Source: Nemertoderma westbladi (lineage: Eukaryota > Animalia > Xenacoelomorpha). From it: a stretch of DNA of 64,000 nt. The notes below the pieces were generated by a model. The model searched no databases and had not been told where the DNA came from. It worked only from the letters and a program-made list of their open reading frames with translations. The stretch lies in the NCBI GenBank assembly GCA_032718475.1, contig JAUCBJ010009046.1:1-64000 (forward strand), written 5' to 3'. Of this stretch, positions 13,420 through 28,273 are shown piece after piece (position 1 is the stretch's first letter; each line of letters starts with the position of its first letter). The position numbers and the translations under genes were made by a program.

Positions 13420-16400
13420 ACCTGCTCCACTACTAAATATAAACCTGCTCCACTACTCCATATAATCCTGCTCCACTACTAAATATAACCTGCTCCACTA
13501 CTAAATATAAACCTACTCTACTACTAAATATAAACCTGCTCCACTACTCCATATAATCCTGCTCCACTACTAAATATAACCTGCTCCACTACTAAATATA
13601 AACCTACTCCACTACTCCATATAAACCTGCTCCACTACTCCATATAAACCGTCTCCACTACTCGATATAAACCTGCTCCACTACTCCATATAAACCTGCT
13701 CCACTACTAAATATAACCTGCTCCACTACTAAATATAAACCTGCTCCACTACTAAATATAACCTGCTCCACTACTAAATATAACCTGCTCCACTACTAAA
13801 TATAAACCTACTCTACTACTCCATATAAACCTGCTCCACTACTCCATATAAACCTGCTCCACTACTAAATATAACCTGCTCCACTACTAAATATAAACCT
13901 ACTCTACTACTAAATATAAACCTGCTCCACTACTCCATATAATCCTGCTCCACTACTAAATATAACCTGCTCCACTACTAAATATAAACCTACTCCACTA
14001 CTCCATATAAACCTGCTCCACTACTCCATATAAACCGTCTCCACTACTCGATATAAACCTGCTCCACTACTCCATATAAACCTGCTCCACTACTAAATAT
14101 AAACGTACTCCACTACTAAATATAAACCTGCTCCACTACTCCAAATAAACCTGCTCCACTACTAAATATAAACCTGCTCCACTACTCCATATAAACCTGC
14201 TCCACTACTAAATATAACCTGCTCCACTACTAAATATAAACCTGCTCCACTACTCCATATAAACCTGCTCCACTACTAAATATAACCTGCTCCACTACTC
14301 CATATAAACCTGCTCCACTACTCCATATAAACCTGCTCCACTACTCCATATAAACCTGCTCCACTACTAAATATAACCTGCTCCACTACTAAATATAAAC
14401 CTGCTCCACTACTCCATATAAACCTGCTCCACTACTAAATATAACCTGCTCCACTACTAAATATAAACCTGCTCCACTACTCCATATAAACCTGCTCCAC
14501 TACTAAATATAACCTGCTCCACTACTCCATATAAACCTGCTCCACTACTCCATATAATCCTTCTCCACTACTCCATATAAACCTGCTCCACTACTCCACA
14601 TAAACCTGCTCCACTACTAAATATATACCTGCTCTACTACTCCATATAAACCTGCTCCACTACTAAATATAAACCTGCTCCACTACTCCATATAAACCTG
14701 CTCCACTACTCCATATAATCCTGCTCCACTACTAAATATAAACCTACTCTACTACTAAATATAAACCTGCTCCACTACTCCATATAATCCTGCTCCACTA
14801 CTAAATATAACCTGCTCCACTACTAAATATAAACCTACTCCACTACTCCATATAAACCTGCTCCACTACTCCATATAAACCTGCTCCACTACTAAATATA
14901 AACCTGCTCCACTACTCCATATAAACCTGCTCCACTACTAAATATAACCTGCTCCACTACTAAATATAAACCTGCTCCACTACTCCATATAAACCTGCTC
15001 CACTACTCCATATAATCCTTCTCCACTACTCCATATAAACCTGCTCCACTACTCCACATAAACCTGCTCCACTACTAAATATATACCTGCTCTACTACTC
15101 CATATAAACCTGCTCCACTACTAAATATAAACCTGCTCCACTACTAAATATAACCTGCTCCACTACTAAATATAAACCTGCTCCACTACTCCACATAAAC
15201 CTGCTCCACTACTCCATATAAACCTGCTCCACTACTAAATATAACCTGCTCCACTACTAAATATAAACCTGCTCCACTACTCCATATAAACCTGCTCCAC
15301 TAAAACATATAAACCTGCTCCACTACTCCATATAAACCTGCTCCACTACTAAATATAAACCTGCTCCACTACTCCATATAAACCTGCTCCACTACTCCAT
15401 ATAAACCTGCTCCACTACTCCATATAAACCTACTCCACTACTCCATATAAACCTGCTCCACTACTCCACATAAACGTGCTCCACTACTAAATATAAACCT
15501 GCTCCACTACTCCATATAAACCTGCTCCACTACTCCATATAAACCTGCTCCACTACTCCATATAATCCTGCTCCACTACTAAATATAAACCTGCTCCACT
15601 ACTCCATATAATCTTGATCCACTACTCCATATAAACCTGCTCCACTACTCCATATAAACCTGCTCCACTACTCCATATAAACCTACTCCACTACTCCATA
15701 TAAACCTGCTCCACTACTCCACATAAACGTGCTCCACTACTAAATATAAACCTGCTCCACTACTCCATATAAACCTGCTCCACTACTCCATATAAACCTG
15801 CTCCACTACTCCATATAATCCTGCTCCACTACTAAATATAAACCTGCTCCACTACTCCATATAATCTTGATCCACTACACCATATAATCCTGCTCCACTA
15901 CTCCATATAAACCTGCTCCACTACTCCATATAATCCTGCTCAACTACTCCATATAATCCTGCTCCACTACTCCACATAAACCTGCTCCACTACTCCATAT
16001 AAACCTGCTCCACTACTAAATATAACCTGCTCCACTACTAAATATAAACCTGCTCCACTACTCCATATAAACCTGCTCCACTACTCCATATAAACCTGCT
16101 CCACTACTCCATATAAACCTGCTCCACTACTCCATATAAACCTGCTCCACTACTAAATATAAACCTGCTCCACTACTCCATATAAACCTGCTCCACTACT
16201 AAATGTAACCTGCTCCACTACTCCATATAAACCTGCTTCACTACTAAATATAAACCTGCTCCACTACTCCATATAAACCTGCTCCACTACTAAATATAAC
16301 CTGCTCCACTACTAAATATAAACCTGTTCCACTACTAAATATAACCTGCTGCACTACTAAATATAAACCTGCTCCACTACTAAATATAAACCTGCTCCAC

Positions 16401-19400
16401 TACTCCACATAAACCTGCTCCACTACTCCATATAAACCTGCTCCACTACTAAATATAACCTGCTCCACTACTAAATATAAACCTGCTCCACTACTCCATA
16501 TAAACCTGCTCCACTACTCCATATAATCCTGCTCCACTACTCCATATAATCCTGCTCCACTACTCCACATAAACCTGCTCCACTACTCCACATAAACCTG
16601 CTCCACTACTCCATATAAACCTGCTCCACTACTAAATATAACCTGCTCCACTACTAAATATAAACCTGCTCCACTACTCCATATAATCTTGATCCACTAC
16701 ACCATATAATCCTGCTCCACTACTCCATATAAACCTGCTCCACTACTCCATATAATCCTGCTCCACTACTCCATATAATCCTGCTCCACTACTCCATATA
16801 ATCCTGCTCCACTACTCCACATAAACCTGCTCCACTACTCCATATAAACCTGCTCCACTACTAAATATAACCTGCTCCACTACTAAATATAAACCTGCTC
16901 CACTACTCCATATAAACCTGCTTCACTAAAACATATAAACCTGCTCCACTACTCCATATAAACCTGCTCCACTACTAAATATAAACCTGCTCCACTACTC
17001 CATATAAACCTGCTCCACTACTCCATATAAACCTGCTCCACTACTCCATATAAACCTACTCCACTACTCCATATAAACCTGCACCACTACTCCACATAAA
17101 CCTGCTCCACTACTCCATATAGACCTGCTCCACTACTCCATATAATCCTGCTCCACTACTAAATATAAACCTGCTCCACTACTCAATATAATCCTGCTCC
17201 ACTACTAAATATAAACCTGCTCCACTACTCCATATAATCTTGATCCACTACACCATATAGACCTGCTCCACTACTCCATATAAACCTGCTCCACTACTCC
17301 ATATAAACCTGCTCCACTACTCCATATAAACCTGCTCCACTACTCCATATAAACCTGCTCCACTACTAAATATAAACCTGCTCCACTACTCCATATAAAC
17401 CTGCTCCACTACTCCATATAAACCTGCTCCACTACTCCATATAAACCTGCTCCACTACTAAATATAAACCTGCTCCACTACTCCATATAAACCTGCTCCA
17501 CTACTAAATGTAACCTGCTCCACTACTCCATATAAACCTGCTTCACTACTAAATATAAACCTGCTCCACTACTCCATATAAACCTGCTCCACTACTAAAT
17601 ATAACCTGCTCCACTACTAAATATAAACCTGTTCCACTACTAAATATAACCTGCTGCACTACTAAATATAAACCTGCTCCACTACTAAATATAAACCTGC
17701 TCCACTACTAAATATAACCTGCTCCACTACTAAATATAAACCTGCTCCTCTACTTCATATAAACCTGTTCCACTACTGCATATAAACCTGCTCCACTACT
17801 AAATATAACCTGCTCCACTACTAAATATAAACCTGCTCCACTACTAAATATAACCTGCTCCACTACTAAATATAACCTGCTCCACTACTAAATATAAACC
17901 TGCTCCACTACTCCATATAATCCTGCTCCACTACTCCATATAAACCTGCTCCACTACTCCATATAAACTTGCTCCACTACTCCACATAAACCTGCTCCAC
18001 TACTCCATATAAACCTGCTCCACTACTAAATATAACCTGCTCCACTACTAAATATAAACCTGCTCCACTACTCCATATAATCCTGCTCCACTACTCCATA
18101 TAAACCTGCTCCACTACCCCATATAAACCTGCTACACTACTCCACATAAACCTGCTCCACTACTCCATATAAACCTGCTCCACTACTCCATATAAACCTG
18201 CTCCACTACTCGATATAAACCTGCTCCACTACTCCATATAAACCTGCTCCATTACTCCATATAATCCTGCTCCACTACTCCATATAAACCTGCTCCACTA
18301 CCCCATATAAACCTGCTACACTACTCCACATAAACCTGCTCCACTACTAAATATAAACCTGCTCCACTACTCCATATAATCCTGCTCCACTACTCCATAT
18401 AAACCTGCTCCACTACCCCTTATAAACCTGCTACACTACTCCACATAAACCTGCTCCACTACTCCATATAAACCTGCTCCGCTACTCCATATAAACCTGC
18501 TCCACTACTCGATATAAACCTGCTCCACTACTCCATATAAACCTGCTCCATTACTCCATATAATCCTGTTCCACTACTCCATATAAACCTGCTCCACTAC
18601 CCCATATAAACCTGCTACACTACTCCACATAAACCTGCTCCACTACCCCATATAAACCTGCTACACTACTCCACATAAACCTGCTCCACTACTCCATATA
18701 AACCTGCTCCACTACTCCATAAAAACCTGCTCCACTACTCCATATAAACCTGCTACACTACTCCACATAAACCTGCTCCACTACTCCATATAAACCTGCT
18801 CCACTACTCCATATAAACCTGCTCCACTACTCGATATAAACCTGCTCCACTACTCCATATAAACCTGCTCCAATACTCCATATAATCCTGCTCCACTACT
18901 CCATATAATCCTGCTCCACTACTCCACATAAACCTGCTCCACTACTCCATATAAACCTGCTCCACTACTCCACATAAACCTGCTCCACTACTCCATATAA
19001 ACCTGCTCCACTACTCCATATAATCCTGCTCCACTACTAAATATAAACCTGCTCCACTACTCCATATAAACCTGCTCCACTACTCCATATAAACCTGCTC
19101 CACTACTCCATATAAACCTGCTCCACTACTCCATATAAACCTGCTCCACTACTAAATATAACCTGCTCCACTACTAAATATAAACCTGCTCCACTACTCC
19201 ATATATACCTGCTCCACTACTCCATATAAACCTGCTCCACTATTCCATATAATCCTGCTCCACTACTCCATATAAACCTGCTCCACTACTCCATATAAAC
19301 CTGCTCCACTACTCCATATAAACCTGCTCCACTACTCCATATAAACCTGCTCCACTACTCCACATAAACCTGCTCCACTACTCCACATAAACCTGCTCCA

Positions 19401-22314
19401 CTACTCCATATAAACCTGCTCCACTACTCCACATAAACCTGCTCCACTACTCCATATAATCCTGCTCCACTACTCCATATAAACCTGCTCCACTACTCCA
19501 CATAAACCTGCTCCACTACTCCACATAAACCTGCTCCACTACTCCATATAAACCTGCTCCACTACTCCACATAAACCTGCTCCACTACTCCACATAAACC
19601 TGCTCCACTACTCCATATATACCTGCTCCACTACTCCATATAAACCTGCTCCACTACTCCACATAAACCTGCTCCACTACTCCATATAAACCTGCTCCAC
19701 TACTCCACATAAACCTGCTCCACTACTCCATATATACCTGCTCCACTACTCCATATAAACCTGCTCCACTACTCCACATAAACCTGCTCCACTACTCCAT
19801 ATAAACCTGCTCCATTACTCCATATAATCCTGCTCCACTACTCCATATAAACCTGCTCCACTACTAAATATAACCTGCTCCACTACTAAATATAAACCTG
19901 CTCCACTACTCCATATATACCTGCTCCACTACTCCATATAAACCTGCTCCACTATTCCATATAATCCTGCTCCACTACTCCATATAAACCTGCTCCACTA
20001 CTCCATATAAACCTGTTCCACTACTCCATATAAACCTGCTCCACTACTCCATATAAACCTGCTCCACTACTCCATATAAACCTGCTCCACTACTCCACAT
20101 AAACCTGCTCCACTACTCCACATAAACCTGCTCCACTACTCCATATAAACCTGCTCCACTACTCCACATAAACCTGCTCCACTACTCCATATAATCCTGC
20201 TCCACTACTCCATATAAACCTGCTCCACTACTCCACATAAACCTGCTCCACTACCCCATATAAACCTGCTACACTACTCAACATAAACCTGCTCTACTAC
20301 CCCATATAAACCTGCTACACTACTCCACATAAACCTGCACCACTACCCCATATAAACCTGCTACACTACTCCACATAAACCTGCTCCACTACTCCATATA
20401 AACCTGCTCCACTACTCCATATAAACCTGCTCCACTACTCCATATAAACCTGCTACACTACTCCACATAAACCTGCTCCACTACTCCATATAAACCTGCT
20501 CCACTACTCCATATAAACCTGCTCCACTACTAAATATAAACCTGCTCCACTACTCCATATAATCCTGCTCCACTACTCCATATAATCCTGCTCCACTACT
20601 CCATATAATCCTGCTCCACTACTCCACATAAACCTGCTCCACTACTCCATATAAACCTGCTCCACTACTCCACATAAACCTGCTCCACTACTCCATATAA
20701 ACCTGCTCCACTACTCCATATAATCCTGCTCCACTACTAAATATAAACCTGCTCCACTACTCCATATAAACCTGCTCCACTACTCCATATAAACCTGCTC
20801 CACTACTCCATATAAACCTGCTCCACTACTCCATATAAACCTGCTCCACTACTCCATATAATCCTGCTCCACTACTCCATATAAACCTGCTCCACTACTC
20901 CACATAAACCTGCTCCACTACTCCATATAAACCTGCTCCACTACTAAATATAACCTGCTCCACTACTAAATATAAACCTGCTCCACTACTCCATATATAC
21001 CTGCTCCACTACTCCATATAAACCTGCTCCACTATTCCATATAATCCTGCTCCACTACTCCATATAAACCTGCTCCACTACTCCATATAAACCTGCTCCA
21101 CTACTCCATATAAACCTGCTCCACTACTCCATATAAACCTGCTCCACTACTCCATATAAACCTGCTCCACTACTCCACATAAACCTGCTCCACTACTCCA
21201 CATAAACCTGCTCCACTACTCCATATAAACCTGCTCCACTACTCCACATAAACCTGCTCCACTACTCCATATAATCCTGCTCCACTACTCCATATAAACC
21301 TGCTCCACTACTCCACATAAACCTGCTCCACTACTCCACATAAACCTGCTCCACTACTCCATATAAACCTGCTCCACTACTCCACATAAACCTGCTCCAC
21401 TACTCCACATAAACCTGCTCCACTACTCCATATATACCTGCTCCACTACTCCATATAAACCTGCTCCACTACTTCACATAAACCTGCTCCACTACTCCAT
21501 ATAAACCTGCTCCACTACTCCACATAAACCTGCTCCACTACTCCATATATACCTGCTCCACTACTCCATATAAACCTGCTCCACTACTCCACATAAACCT
21601 GCTCCACTACTCCATATAAACCTGCTCCATTACTCCATATAATCCTGCTCCACTACTCCATATAAACCTGCTCCACTACTAAATATAACCTGCTCCACTA
21701 CTAAATATAAACCTGCTCCACTACTCCATATATACCTGCTCCACTACTCCATATAAACCTGCTCCACTATTCCATATAATCCTGCTCCACTACTCCATAT
21801 AAACCTGCTCCACTATTCCATATAAACCTGCTCCACTACTCCATATAAACCTGCTCCACTACTCCATATAAACCTGCTCCACTACTCCATATAAACCTGC
21901 TCCACTACTCCACATAAACCTGCTCCACTACTCCACATAAACCTGCTCCACTACTCCATATAAACCTGCTCCACTACTCCACATAAACCTGCTCCACTAC
22001 TCCATATAATCCTGCTCCACTACTCCATATAAACCTGCTCCACTACTCCACATAAACCTGCTCCACTACCCCATATAAACCTGCTACACTACTCAACATA
22101 AACCTGCTCCACTACTCCATATAAACCTGCTCCACTACTCCACATAAACCTGCTCCACTACTCCACATAAACCTGCTCCACTACTCCATATAAACCTGCT
22201 CCACTACTCCACATAAACCTGCTCCACTACTCCATATAAACCTGCTCCACTACTAAATATAAACCTGCTCCACTACTCCATATAAACCTGCTCCACTACT
22301 CCACATAAACCTAC
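13420..22314. repeat. 22/23-bp minisatellite filling 8.9 kb of the 9.1-kb last intron
   Basis: Plus-strand unit aaacctgctccactactccatat, with variants ...ctaaatat and ...ccacat. About 390 copies; begins on the donor GT of the M3 exon. Confidence 0.98.
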
Positions 22315-22519
22315 CGTTTTCTTTTGCTTCGAAGTCGGACTGACTTGGAGGATTCCGTGTCCATACAGAGCAGAGAAGCGCAGAATCCCAGAATGAGTCG
22401 GCGCATCCAGATTGGTAATGGTTTACACTTGGGCCCCTCGCGGTGGTGAATATTGAGAACAACAACAGTGAGGATGATTGATAGACCAATGAGAACGAGA
22501 GCACAGAAGAAATATATTC
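22315..22519 (-). CDS. nAChR alpha-type subunit, M3 and start of intracellular loop exon
   Basis: tatttccag | (G)IYFFCALVLIGLSIILTVVVLNIHHREGPKCKPLPIWMRRLILGFCASLLCM...RSKRK(R) | gtaggt. 205 nt, phase 1 to phase 2. VLNIHHR and PxW motifs. Confidence 0.94.
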
Positions 22520-23421
22520 CTGGAAATAATAGGTAGTTATTGAAGTTGTTACGAAATACGGCGTTTGCTCGAAAGGGCCCCATTATTACAGTAGACACAG
22601 AATTAACGAGAGACAGGCCTGGAACATTTTTTAGAAGGATGATTTATTATGTACGTCCTAAGAATGTGAATATTTTATAATAAAACCAGTAATATGTAAT
22701 TAAAACATATAAATTCAGCATTAATAATGCTGTCCTACAGTAAATTTACATCAATTGCCTTACTGTCCTCGATATTTATATATTCCGTCATTACCAATTT
22801 AGATATACGCGAAATTTTGATTATATATTTCTAGCTTTGTGATTGGACGCATCCCTGGCGATGAACTCAGTATGCTATAATTTACTAGAATATTCTACAG
22901 GTAAATTCAATTTGAATACCGTAGCGATAATAATAATATAAACAGATAACATAGTGAAAATACATTTCCCCTAAAGGGAAGTACATTTCCAGACTTGAGC
23001 CCTTACGTAAATAATTAGTTAGACATTTACTTATTGTATTGTGCCGCCACACCCTCGCGGTACTATATATTAGTGAAATATTATAGATGATCCATTACCG
23101 TCATAGACTGAGCGAAGCATTGAGCAATTCGAGACAGTTTTTGGGATCAGGGAATATAAGTGATTCACTTGAGCGGCCTTCCTTCGAAGGTACACTAGCG
23201 CCATTACCGTTTAAAAGTCTATCAGACTGGGTTTCTGACTTGCGTTTTTACATACTCTACAAAAACGATCAGAGAGAGTGAAAATATACAAGATTGGGGA
23301 TAAAAACGTATTTTTTGTCAAATGCTCTAACAATAATTATTACACTGACTGATTAATTTTGTAATATATCTGATTTGAAACGGTGTTTCATCTCAATTGA
23401 ATGTTTAATTGCAGAATAGTT

Positions 23422-23867
23422 TGTAACAGCCTGATCCTAAATCAGTAACTCAGCAATGCGATCCGCAGTCAGCATGCTAGGCTATAGGAGGCACAAGGCG
23501 CACGACCGGGTAGCCGACGGCGGAGGGGGCGGCAATGATGGTCTAGATTGCAACCGGCACTCATGGCAAAGCGCGAAGGTGCGGAGGGCGCTGTGGAGGT
23601 GGAAGTCGGGGCTACTGGTTGTCCCAAGGGAGTGAAGAGGAAACATTCCGGATTATGTGCCTATTTCAGCTGTTTCGGGTCTGAATCATTAGGTAGCCTG
23701 TGTTGTTTACACTAATGCTGTAATGCTGGACGCTAATACTGTTAGGTACTGACTGAAGCTATTGCTGATGCTTGTTGCTATTTCTATTTTCTTATTTGCT
23801 AACTCTATTGAATCATTAATTAGGCTAATCTTATGTAAACTATTAGTGTACTAAAATAAGGGTTACA
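23422..23867. mobile_element. Possible solo LTR
   Basis: 446-bp, partly GC-richer island bounded by TGTAAC...GTTACA inverted termini. Flanks agtt / aatt match 3 of 4 as a putative target-site duplication. Confidence 0.4.
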
Positions 23868-24250
23868 AATTCTGGAATACAAAAAAATTAGATAGGCCTG
23901 ATTGGATAAATTGGACTGTATAAATATCGATATTTGTAAATTGTTAGTTAGCGTGGCGCCAATACATTAGGTAAGTTGGAGAAAATTAAGCTGCATATCG
24001 GAGAATAGGGCTAGTTTGTATACGTTTGCGAAACTAATATCTGTGTCTATTTCTACGTTAAGCGGTTGTCAAAAAAAAAGGGATTTATCAGTAATTTTAG
24101 CAGTTGTCAGTAACCCAGCAGGCAATAAATGTACTGATTTTACATCAGTGCACAGGTCAGCCCAGTTTCCACCCACGGAAGGAATTTCTAGAAATAAATC
24201 AGTTTCCCTTTAAATTATAAAATAATCCAAACAACAGCCTTACGATTTGG

Positions 24251-27141
24251 TACTACTATACTACTATGATCGGCATGCTGCATTGAAACTGCACTTTTAA
24301 GAATGCTGTGCCGGCTTGTCGACAAAATGGCGCCGGCACAACTCCCTATAACCCATGACATTTGCTAGATCATCCGCATCGTCAAGACCAGTGTCCTTTA
24401 AGATGCGTCTCAAGAAAGTCATGGGCTGTCCACCATGCTTTTTCACTCCATGAGGCTGCCAAAGTACAAGATTATGCACTGGCTGGTCCTCACGGCGAAA
24501 GCAATGTCCTGCAAAGCAGAGGCGATTTTGTTCTAGTGTCAAGCTTGGGGGAACCAATAAGACACCTCCAATGTTATATAGTGTCGGGTTGGAGATGTGT
24601 GCATTGTACTTGATACAATGAACCCGGCGTAGCATTCTTGTGAATGTACCATCCCGAGATTTGGTGTCCTCAGCAGTTAGAGCCCAGCATGGACTCCCAA
24701 GGAGGAGTACTGGAACTACTGCTGCTCTAAATAATCGGACCTTAAGTTTTCGATTAATTCTCGGTGACTTCCAAATCCTGGAAAGCCTATTCAAGGCTGC
24801 CCATGCCTTTCCCTTGCGTATTCGAAGGTCCTCACCTGACTTCCGGATCCATGATCCCAGGTAACAGAAGTCGTCCACATGCTCAAGCATACCACCCTTT
24901 GAGCTTATCCTCATCCGATCAGAGACTTGCTGAGGACTTTCAAAGTTAACTGTAAAAATTTTGGTTTTTCTGGAGTTAATAAAAAGACCAACACTAGAAG
25001 CAGCATGTTCTAATGAGCTGAGGAGCCGTTGGGCTCCCTCTAGTGATTCTGAGAGTACTCCTAAGTCATCAGCAAAGTCTTGATCAATTAGGTACTTGGC
25101 AGGATTTCCTCGACTTCTGGAGCCAGTAGGTGGAGTTATCATCACCCCATCATCATTATGATGATCTAAGGACATGCGTAGAACATAGTCAACCACAACT
25201 ATGAACAAGAATGGTGCAAGTGTGTCTCCCTGGAGGACGCCCCATAACACTGCAAATGGTTCTGTGTCACCGTCAACAGTAGACACAAATGTTGTCGAAC
25301 CATCGCATACTGATCTGATTGCTGCAATCATTTCATCAGGAATCCCATATAATAAACGTATGCTGAACATGCGTGAGCGAGAGACTGAATCAAAGGCCTT
25401 GAAGAAGTCAACAAAGATAACAGCCAGATGCCTGTCTTTCTTTTTTTGATAACTCTTCAATTAGCCGTCTAAGTGCCAAAATGGGCTCCATGGTCCCACG
25501 ACCTTTACGGAACCCATTCTGATTTCCACGGAGCAGTCTCTCAATGGGATCCTTGATGCGATTTAATAGAATTCCTATTGTATAGCTTTGCAGCAATCGA
25601 GATCAATGAGATTCCCCGAAAAGAACCATAGAATGTTAGGTTGCCCTTCTTGGGAACTGGCACCAACTTATTTGTTTTCATTTCTTGTGGGCCTCTTGTT
25701 GTTCGGTACATGTCTACTATGATGAGATAGATGAGCTTTAAACACTCAGGTATTTTAAAGACCTCAGGGGGAAAACCATCTACTCCACTGGCACGATTGG
25801 TCTTAATGCTCTTTGCAGTAGCCTTCACTTCTGCAAAGGTGATATCGCCAATGGGAATATCTGGGAGTACAGACTCAGACACTTTTACTTCTATAAAGTT
25901 ATCAGGCAATACCCTGTCATTATTGAGGAGCTTTTCAAAGTGGGCCTTCCAACCATTGAGGCGATCGGCTGGTGATTCAGCCTTAACCTTGGTGGTTGGT
26001 TGGCTTTTCCGACCAGTAGCAAGTTGATCGATTTCCATGCCTGGGATGATTGCCTGCTCTCGTCAGCATCATTGATGGCATCAACCTGTTGGTTTATTAG
26101 CTCCTGTAGATTAACAGAGTACTGCCTATTCAGGGACCTACATGCAGCCTTAACTGCATTCTTGGCCGCTGTAGTCTGTTTGAGTCGGGACTCTTTCTGC
26201 GCCTTATAAAGGTCATTTCGGCACTTCTGAATTTTGTTGTCAGTCCAGGGGGCCCTTTTCCTGTTTCGAGGGTATACAGGAACTGTTTCTGCAGCTGCTA
26301 ACTTAACTGCTTCTGTAAAGGCAGTATAGCCCTCACAGTGATCTGCCGCCTCAGAGGCAAGAGCCTCATACCTGTTGCTCAGCTGTAGTGTGAAGCTGGA
26401 TCTCACACTTGGCTGTTGCAACAGAGAGGACCAGTCATGCCGTGGCAAGGCAGATTTCGTTGTTCTGCTAGCACGCAGACTAAGTCTTACCTTGGCCACA
26501 ATAAGGCGGTGATCACTGGAGAAGGGTCGAAGTGTAAATGCATTACAGTCTTGTATAGAGCTCCTGTATTTCCTACGAAACAGAATATGGTCTATCTGGG
26601 ACTTGTGACCACTGGGTCCACTATGAGTCCATAGCTTTCCAGTTCGCTTCTTGAACTGGGTTCCAGCCGAAAACAATCCATTTCCAGAGATAAAATCCTG
26701 AAGATGGACAGAATTTCGGTTAACACTATTGCTATAGACCCAGGGCGATGTAGGTGATTGATGCAGACTTGCATTAAAGTCTCCCAGGAATGTTAAGAAT
26801 GCATGCTGATCCACTCCATCAGTTGCTGCTTGTAGATTGTGGTAGAAATTTTCCACCTCCTCTACAGGGGCAACACTAGTTGGAGAGTAGCACACAATCA
26901 GAACCGCCTTAGGAAACTTCTTAGCCAGTCTTCCAGAACATGAGAAGTGGCAACGGATGATGCGGTTAGAGATTTGGTCTATTTTGTCCAATGCTGCATG
27001 TGCAGTTGGATTCATCAATAGACCAATTCCACCATTGCCACTATCATCTGCTGACGCGAGGGCGAGTCGCCAACCGCCCCCCATGTCCTTAATCAGAACC
27101 TCATCAGTCTGTCCAGTCTGCATTCGGTGCTCCTGTATCAA
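24251..27141 (-). mobile_element. RTE-clade non-LTR retrotransposon (APE endonuclease + RT), 5'-truncated, frameshifted
   Basis: Four overlapping ORF pieces (27141-25891, 26038-25541, 25596-25408, 25460-24297), implying three frameshifts. APE motifs IQEH, GDFNA, IDH, SDH. RT motifs QNGFRKGR, FVDFFKAFDSV, GVLQGDTLAPFLF, FADD, YLG. RTE-like C-terminus RLCFAGHCFR. Very short 3' UTR ending in a (TAG)n-like tail at 24251-24266. Confidence 0.93.
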
Positions 27142-27396
27142 CCACCCTCCGTGAACGCAGATTAAGATTCAGTGGGCACTGCTGGCGAAGTAAAGACGAG
27201 GTCATACCAGATCTACTTCTCTGGCAACCAACTCATGGAAAGCGTAGTCGTGGACGACCTGCCATAACATATATAGATCAACTTGAAAGGGATAATGAAC
27301 TTGGGAGAAACGAAATTGCGACAACTATGGAGAATTGGGAAATCTGGAAGGATCTCATTTCCACTGTCCGAGTTCGCTCGACCTAGTAGTAGTAGT
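27138..27396 (+). mobile_element. 3' end of a second, different RTE-clade LINE
   Basis: Manual translation from 27141: TTLRERRLRFSGHCWRSKDEVIPDLLLWQPTHGKRSRGRPAITYIDQLERDNELGRNEIATTMENWEIWKDLISTVRVRST*, directly followed by a (TAG)4 tail. Homologous to, but diverged from, the C-terminus of the minus-strand element. Not in the ORF track. Confidence 0.88.
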
Positions 27397-27439
27397 TGTG
27401 ATTTATGATATGTATTAAAATGAATTGGTAAAGTAAAAG

Positions 27440-27760
27440 CTCCCAAAACACAGGCAAGTTAACAATCAGTGGTAAGATTGATGTAATCAACGCCGGTGAC
27501 TAGACATCCACTGAGACCCAATAAGAAAGCCCTATTCGCAATGGAAGGAAGAGAATCGCAATGGAAGGAAGAGAAACAGAATGCCATGGTAGCCACGGAA
27601 TAATCAACGCTGATTGTCTGCCTCACTGGAAGGTTCATTTCGAGAAAGATCTCATCAAAGATTGAGTACTGCCAGGTAACTTCACTATACACTAATATTG
27701 TGACAAGAAAAATGAGGTCCCATAATATGATTGCTGTCTCAAAGAAGGACAACTAACGCT
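27440..27760 (+). mobile_element. Old degenerate RTE-like fragment (EN-RT linker region)
   Basis: Broken plus-strand peptides KIDVINAGD, WKVHFEK and MRSHNMIAVSKKDN parallel, in order, QVDAINDAD, WKAHFEK and MKTNKLVPVPKKGN of the neighbouring RTE. Contains stops, deletions and a 20-bp tandem duplication (tcgcaatggaaggaagagaa). Confidence 0.5.
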
Positions 27761-28273
27761 CTATCAGGTAGACTTGTCATATTTTAGTGATGTAAGGTGA
27801 TAAATCTATCAAGGAAAAGAGTTATTATCCCATGAAACTGTCAGTACCATATCATCTCCACAAAGTTTCTTTAGAAGGTCACGTGATCAGTGATTAGGTT
27901 CAGGTGATTAGGATCAGTAATTGGGTGAAGTATAATTTTGAATGCTCTTCCTATGTTCTAGTGCCAGCTGCTGTTATGTTTGTAAGGAGGAAATTACACA
28001 TTATTCCGAATCACTTTTGTACTTGCTGATATACAGCCCAAGAATAGCTGCCTACACCTTCAACAGCATAAGGATTAAAAATCATCTAAAATTGGAGCAC
28101 TATAGTTGAGGGCATGACTATCACTTTGGGAATGAGCGCAGTGTGTATAGATAGTCCAATACAAATAAAGAGAGAGATACTATAAGGTATGATCAGCTTA
28201 TGGAATACAATGAGGAGGATTAATTTGTTGATGAATCCTCATTCCAACGCTCTAAGCAAACAAATTCCATAGC

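Noticed and set aside
13420-22314. Telomeric repeat
   Set aside because: The array is strand-biased, but the unit is 22/23 bp, matches no animal telomere motif I know, and lies inside an intron.
24362-27154. Plus-strand ORFs over the LINE
   Set aside because: Antisense shadows of the RTE coding sequence.
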